Shown: piece by piece, positions 26,229 through 32,109 of the stretch
How positions within the stretch are numbered: the stretch's first letter is position 1
Layout: every line of letters starts with the position of its first letter
Source of the DNA: Methanobrevibacter sp.
GTDB taxonomy: Archaea > Methanobacteriota > Methanobacteria > Methanobacteriales > Methanobacteriaceae
DNA: 32,109 nucleotides
Direction of reading: 5' to 3'
NCBI GenBank assembly: GCA_009777005.1
Contig: WRMT01000001.1
Location: forward strand, 1 to 32,109
Notes under the pieces: generated by a model
The model's database searches: none
Seen by the model: only the letters and a program-made list of their open reading frames with translations
What the model was told of the DNA's origin: nothing
Program-made: the position numbers and the translations under genes

Positions 26229-27083
26229 TTAAAATAGAATATTATCAATATTATCTTTTAGCATATTATAATTTAAAACATAATCAATTGATCTCATAGC
26301 AAATTTTAGAGTAGTGAACATTTTTTTCCATCCCTGTCCATCAGTTATCCAAATAAATGTCATGTCTAAATCACTAATTTTTTTTTGTAAATCAATATAT
26401 GCGTTTGCAGTTTCAATCGGTTTACTTCCTCCTGCAGAATAAAAATTACATTCAAAAAGAAATAGAGGAATATCATCTTTATATATAACAAAATCGGCTC
26501 TTTTATTTCTTTTAGTTTTTATACTGCTATCTTCTGAGGTCAAAGAGTATTGAGGATTATTTTCAATGCTTTTTTCTAATAAATCACCTACAATTCCTTC
26601 AAATACATGCCCACTTCTATTTTTTCGAGCATTAGTGTCTAAACCAACTTCTGTTCCAGTTAAATATGAATAAAGATCATCAATTTCATTAAAAAGATTA
26701 AGTAATCCAGTTTTTCTGGAAAAAGTTAAAACTTCATCTAACTTAAAGTTATTCATTGAAAAATCTATCTTTTTAAATGTTTGGGTTGTTAAATCAATCA
26801 CATCAACTTTTTTATCCCTAATAGCTAAAACTAATGGTAAAATAGGAACACATTCAGGATATTTTTTTAAAATTTCTATAAATTTATCTTCAACTTTATC
26901 TGAACCAATTTTATTTAAACTATTTAAAATATTAATCTCAACAACTTTATTTTCGAGATTACCAAAAACTTTTTCCCAATCTACAAAAAACTCATATGTG
27001 CGGTTTGTAGTAAGTAATGAATCATCATAATCCAAAGTGTACTCCTCAAAAGATTTATATCCCAATTTTTCATAATAAACCAT
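26229..27083 (-). CDS. Type II restriction endonuclease, DpnII/MboI family (GATC)
   Basis: NILNSLNKIGSDKVEDKFIEILKKYPECVPILPLVLAIRDKK resembles my memory of the DpnII N-terminus (NSLIG..EDF..YPE..VPLLIAKR). GLDTNARKNRSGHVFE is also present. ATG at 27083 with a TGAGGT Shine-Dalgarno is preferred; the track's TTG at 27098 would overlap the methylase stop. Confidence 0.8.
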   Translation of the reverse strand: MVYYEKLGYKSFEEYTLDYDDSLLTTNRTYEFFVDWEKVFGNLENKVVEINILNSLNKIGSDKVEDKFIEILKKYPECVPILPLVLAIRDKKVDVIDLTTQTFKKIDFSMNNFKLDEVLTFSRKTGLLNLFNEIDDLYSYLTGTEVGLDTNARKNRSGHVFEGIVGDLLEKSIENNPQYSLTSEDSSIKTKRNKRADFVIYKDDIPLFLFECNFYSAGGSKPIETANAYIDLQKKISDLDMTFIWITDGQGWKKMFTTLKFAMRSIDYVLNYNMLKDNIDNILF

Positions 27084-27094
27084 TTTTATTAACC

Positions 27095-28033
27095 TCAATA
27101 ATTTTTAACTAGAATTTCATTAATTGCTCCTCTTTTTTTAGCATCTCGATTAATAAATCTTTTTGCTTGAACACGTTTTATATCATATTTGCCATATAAA
27201 TCGTCGAAGAAATTGTCATTTTCATCCTCATTTTTAGGATCAGAATTGCTTAAAATAGCTAATGCTCCTTTTTTACTTATTCTATAAAAATAATGAGCTA
27301 ATTCTACTTGATCCTCGTCATTAAATTCATTTTCACTATAACTAGTGAAATTTGAAGTTTTATTAAGTGGTCTGTATGGAGGATCTAGATAAACTAAAGA
27401 TTCTTCATCAATTAATTTTTCTGATTCTATAAAACTTTTATTAAATATATTAGATATTTTTAAAGCTTTTGAAACATTTTTAACATTAGTTTCATCACAA
27501 ATTGTAGGATTTTTATAATCCCCCATAGGAACATTAAATTCTCCTTTTTTATTTAGCCTAAAAAGTCCATTGAAACAAGTTTTATTAAGAAAAATAGTTT
27601 GAGAAGCTCTAATAATATGTTTATTAGTGTAATTATTAAAAGAAAAACTTTTTAAGTTATGATTAAATTCTTTTCTAATAGACAAATAATATTCTTTTCT
27701 TTCACTATGATCTTTAGGCAAAAAATGATTTTGAAGGTCAGTTAAATGATTAATCAATTCTTGATGATCATTTTTAATTACATTATATGTTAAAATCAGT
27801 TCTTTATTGATATCATAAAGAAAAGCCTTTTTGATATTATAATTACTAGCTAAATGAAAGAAAACAGCACCCCCACCAACAAAAGGCTCGAAATAGGATT
27901 TAATTTTTTTATTTTTCGTGAAAATATCAGGCAATATTGATTCTATTTCATTAATAAGCTGTGTTTTTCCACCTGCCCACTTTAAAAATGGTTTAGCTTT
28001 GATTTTTTCATTATTAAAAAGATCCATTTGCAT
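27095..28033 (-). CDS. Dam-family (MethyltransfD12, DpnM-like) N6-adenine DNA methyltransferase
   Basis: Motifs seen: PFLKWAGGKTQL, motif I EPFVGGGAVFF, motif IV VYLDPPY. The gene lies directly upstream of the endonuclease and in the same direction. Confidence 0.9.
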   Translation of the reverse strand: MQMDLFNNEKIKAKPFLKWAGGKTQLINEIESILPDIFTKNKKIKSYFEPFVGGGAVFFHLASNYNIKKAFLYDINKELILTYNVIKNDHQELINHLTDLQNHFLPKDHSERKEYYLSIRKEFNHNLKSFSFNNYTNKHIIRASQTIFLNKTCFNGLFRLNKKGEFNVPMGDYKNPTICDETNVKNVSKALKISNIFNKSFIESEKLIDEESLVYLDPPYRPLNKTSNFTSYSENEFNDEDQVELAHYFYRISKKGALAILSNSDPKNEDENDNFFDDLYGKYDIKRVQAKRFINRDAKKRGAINEILVKNY

Positions 28034-29129
28034 TTTTATTAATTCCTATAGAGTTTATAATACTCTTCTATTTTGATGAAAAAAATTTTAATTTATTATT
28101 GAAGAAAGTTTTACTTTAATTTTCTTTTTTATAGTCCCAAAAGCTATAAATCCCATTATAAATAGATTTGTCATTTTTATTCTATCTGTAAATTGAATAA
28201 TCATAATTAAATCAATAGCCATAATATTAAGCCAATTTACATGTTTTGAGGCAGGTAAAAACATACTTTCCCTATCGATTCTGCAGCTTCTTGAAATTCA
28301 TAAGTTTCAAGAATAGAAAGGTCTTAAGAGTATTAATTTTCATGATGATTTTTAGCTTCAGAAAATACATGATTAACTAAATGTTTTATATAAGAATCAA
28401 AATCGATTTTTAAACATCTTTTTTGCTCTTACCCCTTATTTAAATGAAAAACATTCATGTAGTAAATAAAAACTTTAGTATACACATATATAAACATTTT
28501 GATTTTGAAAAATGGAACAATATTTTCTATGGAGAAAGAAGGGTAGATTCTTCTAAAAAGGTTTTTAAAGGAATAGTCGGATTAAATAGCTATTAAATAT
28601 TTTAAAGTTTAAATCCATTTTTAAGAAAATTTCTAAAATTTAAAAGCACAATATTATATTAAGACACATTTGATATTTTTTTCAGATTTTTTTATCTTGT
28701 TTAAATCTCAATTTTTTAAATTATCTATTAATTATTATTATTTTTAAAGTATTATTTATAAATTATTTTTTAAAAAATATTTTATTTATATGAAAATAAT
28801 TCTTAGGGACAATCAATTTGTAAGTTGTTGTATTTTTTAAAAAATTATTTTGGGATTGAATTTGCAAACGCTCCATTTTTAAAAGAGAAATTTTTCTTAC
28901 CAACTAACATTTTGACAGTTACATTCTAATGAAAGAATATAAGTATTTTTATCACAAAAAACAAATTTTTTAATAATAAAGTAAAAATGTTAAAGTTCAT
29001 ATGAACTAAATAAATTTTATTCTCCTCTTTAATATAATTCATTGTCAATAGTTTATATTGAATTCATATTGTTAGGAAATATTTTTACTATTTGGAAAAA
29101 TTTTTAATGAAATGGAATACTTTTTGAGA

Positions 29130-29295
29130 AAAGAAATAATTAAACCAATAGGAAAAACCCAAAAAACTAGGAAAAATAAAAAACACCAAAAAATAATTAA
29201 ACCAATAGGAAAAACCCAAAAAACTAGGAAAAATAAAAAACACCAAAAAATAATTAAACCAATAGGAAAAATTAAAAATACTTGGAAAAATCAAT
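29130..29295. repeat. 57-bp-period tandem repeat, about 2.7 copies
   Basis: The landmark accaatagg recurs at 29144, 29201 and 29258. ORFs 29088..29294 and 29112..29300 on both strands are artefacts of this repeat. Confidence 0.9.
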
Positions 29296-29385
29296 GTTGA
29301 TTGGATACCATATTCAAATAGTTTAATAAAGTCATCCTAGCTTTAGACATTTGAAGAATTTTTTATTATTGATAAAAATCTTATT

Positions 29386-30000
29386 TTATTTCGGTTTAAC
29401 TGGTTGTCGAATAATAGTTCTGAGTTTTTCTGGTTTTGCTCTTCGAACATCACTTAAATATATCTCATGATGTAAACCATTGAAATCATAGCTATTTTCT
29501 TCAATAACATTGTGTAGCTTTTCAACTGTTGGTCCTTCATCTGCATAGGGACCAATATGTAATATTTGAGCAGATAATCCTTCATCCATTTCTACAAATT
29601 CGATTTTATCAAGTGAAGGAAGATCTTTCTTTTTAGCTACTTCTTCCTTTGCTTGTTTGAAGTGTTCATCTTCAACAAAATTTGGTTGCATTATAAGGGA
29701 TTTCCAATTCCAATTAGATTTATCTTCTACTGAAAAATCATTAGGGTCATCTCCCCACCATAAACCTTCTAAAGGCATTACAACATAATCAGTTTTATGT
29801 TCTTTTTTCATGATGAACTTTGTTTTAAATGAGACACTCATTAAAGCCTCAATAGAATCTTTGTATTCTTGAGAAGTGTTTGGGTCTCCTTTTCCATCAA
29901 TGCTTAGATAATTTAACTTTGGAACTTCAACAAAATAAACTTCCTTAGATGATGGTTTGTACAAATCCTTATATTCTTTTTTTAAATCAATTTTTGCCAT
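29386..30000 (-). CDS. GyrI-like small-molecule-binding domain protein
   Basis: MAKIDLKKEYKDLYKPSSKEVYFVEVPKLNYLSIDGKGDPNTS...LEGLWW...HHEIYLSDVRRAKPEKLRTIIRQPV matches my memory of the ~205-aa GyrI-like family common in Firmicutes. An AGGGAT Shine-Dalgarno lies upstream. Confidence 0.75.
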   Translation of the reverse strand: MAKIDLKKEYKDLYKPSSKEVYFVEVPKLNYLSIDGKGDPNTSQEYKDSIEALMSVSFKTKFIMKKEHKTDYVVMPLEGLWWGDDPNDFSVEDKSNWNWKSLIMQPNFVEDEHFKQAKEEVAKKKDLPSLDKIEFVEMDEGLSAQILHIGPYADEGPTVEKLHNVIEENSYDFNGLHHEIYLSDVRRAKPEKLRTIIRQPVKPK

Positions 30001-30308
30001 TTTATCCCTTTGTTTTTATTTTAATACCTTTTTCACAATTTCATTAGCTTTACATACTTATAGTGCAATTATTAATGAATAGCTGCTTCATGACAATAAT
30101 AAGTCAAGATTATTCTTATAAATTTAGATAGAGCTTAAGAAAAGTATTCATCTTGAAGTCTTTTTCAAATATTTACTTAGCAGTTAATGGTTATCTTCAT
30201 ATAACGGACATATAACTACTACTATTCCTTACTTTAGAATTACTTCATTAGCTAATCAAAGACAAAATGGGTTTAGTGAGATTTAATGTCATCTAATATG
30301 TTATTGAT

Positions 30309-30812
30309 TCAATAGCTAGTCCATACATTAGCTAAATGAAAAATTAAAAATAAGATTCCTAAAGGCACTAAAATATGGTTTTTTCTCCATAGTCCAATAA
30401 ATGTATAATAAAGTGGTGGAAATCCAGCAAGAACGATTAATACAAGAGATAATTCTTGATAACCATTAAAATAAAACATCCATCCAAGATAGTATCCAAG
30501 AAGTAATATAATGCTTATTGTGAAAAATATTTTTTCTTTTAGAAAATCAAGGTTTAATCCTTTTGTATTAGAATTAACTATAAATATCATAGCTATAATC
30601 GTGCTAATACCAAATATTTTTTCAAAGAGATTTAAAATAGGATAAGTATCAATCATTTCCATTAAAGGATTATTAGCTAATTCAACTAATGGCATGATAA
30701 TATAAGGTATCTCTTGAAAAAGGAAAAAAAATAATCCTAGAGAAAATAATCCAAAGTATATATTTTTATGAATTTTAAACCATTTTATCACAAATAAAGT
30801 ATTCCATTCCAT
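30309..30812 (-). CDS. Integral membrane protein (about 5 TM), unknown function
   Basis: The sequence is hydrophobic throughout. The start lies 23 nt downstream of the HAD gene stop, so co-transcription is likely. Confidence 0.6.
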   Translation of the reverse strand: MEWNTLFVIKWFKIHKNIYFGLFSLGLFFFLFQEIPYIIMPLVELANNPLMEMIDTYPILNLFEKIFGISTIIAMIFIVNSNTKGLNLDFLKEKIFFTISIILLLGYYLGWMFYFNGYQELSLVLIVLAGFPPLYYTFIGLWRKNHILVPLGILFLIFHLANVWTSY

Positions 30813-30835
30813 TTAAACACATCAAAATGTTATTG

Positions 30836-31630
30836 CTAAAAATCAATATCTAAAACTTCAGAAATTTTATTTATAACTATATCAGCTGCATCAAATACTT
30901 TTTGTGAAATTTCTTCACCTTGCTCAAGAGTGAGAACAGCTAAATCAGATTCATTAAAAGCTGAAATATCATTTGGACCGTTTCCAACCATCATGACCTT
31001 GTATTTCTTTTTTAAATCTTTAACTATCTCTCCTTTCCTTTCTGTATTAGCTGTTTCGAAAACATTCTCTATTGGAAAATTTATAATCTCTGCAAATTCT
31101 TCAAGTGATTTTGATCTATCACCTGAAGCTATGAAAGTTTCAATACCTCTATTTTTTAAGGTTTGGATAACATAGCTAACATTAGGGAAAATTTCTCCAC
31201 CAGCTGTTATAATGTATTCAAGTTCATTATTATCAATATTTAAAATAAAAGCTGAACCACTGCATAGCTGAATGAAATTATTCCTTTTAGTCAGATAACG
31301 AGCAGTTTCATGAAATTCCTCTAAAGTTAGATTAGAACTTTTAAGTCTTGGCAATAATTCATCTTTACCAATATTTGAAGAAGAATAGCTAATATCCATC
31401 TCTATGTTATATTTTTTTAAAAAATCATAGAGTTTTTTTTCTGGAGAAGCTCGCAACAGACATTTTTTTATATCAGTTTGTAAAACAACAAGAACTGAAT
31501 TATTTATCTCATCAACAATATCTAAAGAACTGATTTTTTCAGATATTTCACCAGTTTTCATATCTTTAACTGCCCGACATCTTTTTAAAAGAGTTCCAGA
31601 AATATCAAAAACAATAGCTTTTTTATCCAT
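30836..31630 (-). CDS. HAD-superfamily protein resembling a stand-alone P-type-ATPase phosphorylation domain (MJ0968-like soluble P-type ATPase/phosphatase)
   Basis: Motif I FDISGTL has the D-x-[ST]-G-T form of P-type ATPases. ASGDR is also present. MVGNGPNDISAFNESDLAV resembles the hinge motif GDGxNDxPAL. Confidence 0.7.
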   Translation of the reverse strand: MDKKAIVFDISGTLLKRCRAVKDMKTGEISEKISSLDIVDEINNSVLVVLQTDIKKCLLRASPEKKLYDFLKKYNIEMDISYSSSNIGKDELLPRLKSSNLTLEEFHETARYLTKRNNFIQLCSGSAFILNIDNNELEYIITAGGEIFPNVSYVIQTLKNRGIETFIASGDRSKSLEEFAEIINFPIENVFETANTERKGEIVKDLKKKYKVMMVGNGPNDISAFNESDLAVLTLEQGEEISQKVFDAADIVINKISEVLDIDF

Positions 31631-31639
31631 GTGAATCCT

Positions 31640-31880
31640 TATACTGAAATGTTTATATTAATATGAACTGTTTACTGTGATAAGAAACGTTAATCTTAGC
31701 AATGAATATTTATCATGATAAGAACTGTTTATCTCAATAAGAAATGTAATCTTAACCAGAAACATTTACCCTTCAAGAAATGTTTACCTTAAGAAGAAAT
31801 GTTTGCCATAATAAGAAAGATTTACTCAAATAATTGTTTACCATGATAAGAAACGTTTGTCTTAATAAGAAATGTTTTTT
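31640..31880. repeat. About 13 degenerate direct copies of an ~18-19-bp unit (consensus roughly aagaaatgtttacc), immediately upstream of the HAD gene
   Basis: Copies read in order: ctgaaatgtttat, atgaactgtttac, aagaaacgttaat, atgaatatttatc, aagaactgtttat, aagaaatgtaatc, cagaaacatttac, aagaaatgtttac, aagaaatgtttgc, aagaaagatttac, taattgtttac, aagaaacgtttgt, aagaaatgttttt. Confidence 0.8.
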
Positions 31881-32109
31881 TACAAGTTTTTTATTAATTA
31901 TTTTTTTCAATAGTGTACATCATAAGAAATATTATAATAAAAAAATTTCTTTTTTTTAAAATTATATAAATAAAGATTAATAAATATGAAAAAATTATAG
32001 ATATTATAAAGTTTATAAGGAATATTAATATGTCTAAATTTAATATTAAAATAATTTTAATGATTTTAATTATACAAATTATTTTGGAAAAAAATTATCC
32101 TCATAATTT

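Noticed and set aside
31640-31880. I considered calling the iteron-like array a chromosomal replication origin.
   Set aside because: No orc1/cdc6 gene or duplex-unwinding context is visible within the window. I cannot match the unit confidently to known ORB or mini-ORB consensus sequences. It is kept only as an alternative hypothesis in the findings.

Overview
This window is very AT-rich, by eye roughly 25-30% GC. The gene content and the AGGTGA-type Shine-Dalgarno sequences point to a Methanobacteriales-like methanogen chromosome of the Methanosphaera or Methanobrevibacter type. Supporting genes are an ASH-Ski2/Eta-like helicase, a geranylgeranyl reductase, an aTrm11-like THUMP methyltransferase and a soluble P-type-ATPase-like HAD protein. 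This taxonomic guess is inference only. I support about 22 CDS and see no rRNA, tRNA or CRISPR array.

Housekeeping-like genes are interleaved with accessory modules:
- (a) A translationally coupled SPFH/SHOCT protein plus a double-zinc-ribbon membrane protein (2372-5191).
- (b) A two-gene NLR-like module (15565-19241): a DUF4062-like STAND NTPase followed by a WD40 protein built from seven near-identical 126-bp units and ending in a Zn ribbon. This is my top candidate for an undescribed archaeal immune or sensor system.
- (c) Two diverged paralogs of the AAA-ATPase-like/PD-(D/E)XK family in inverted orientation (186-1763 and 19734-21314), plus a decayed third copy.
- (d) A DpnII-type (GATC) methyltransferase/endonuclease pair (26229-28033) sitting in about 5.7 kb of gene-poor, decayed DNA with an IS remnant.

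The window is also unusually dense in intergenic tandem arrays, with periods of about 19, 20, 27, 40, 48, 55, 55, 57 and 76-79 bp, mostly close to promoters. It also contains two 28-29-nt homopolymer runs.

All family assignments come from motif recognition by eye. No database search was run.
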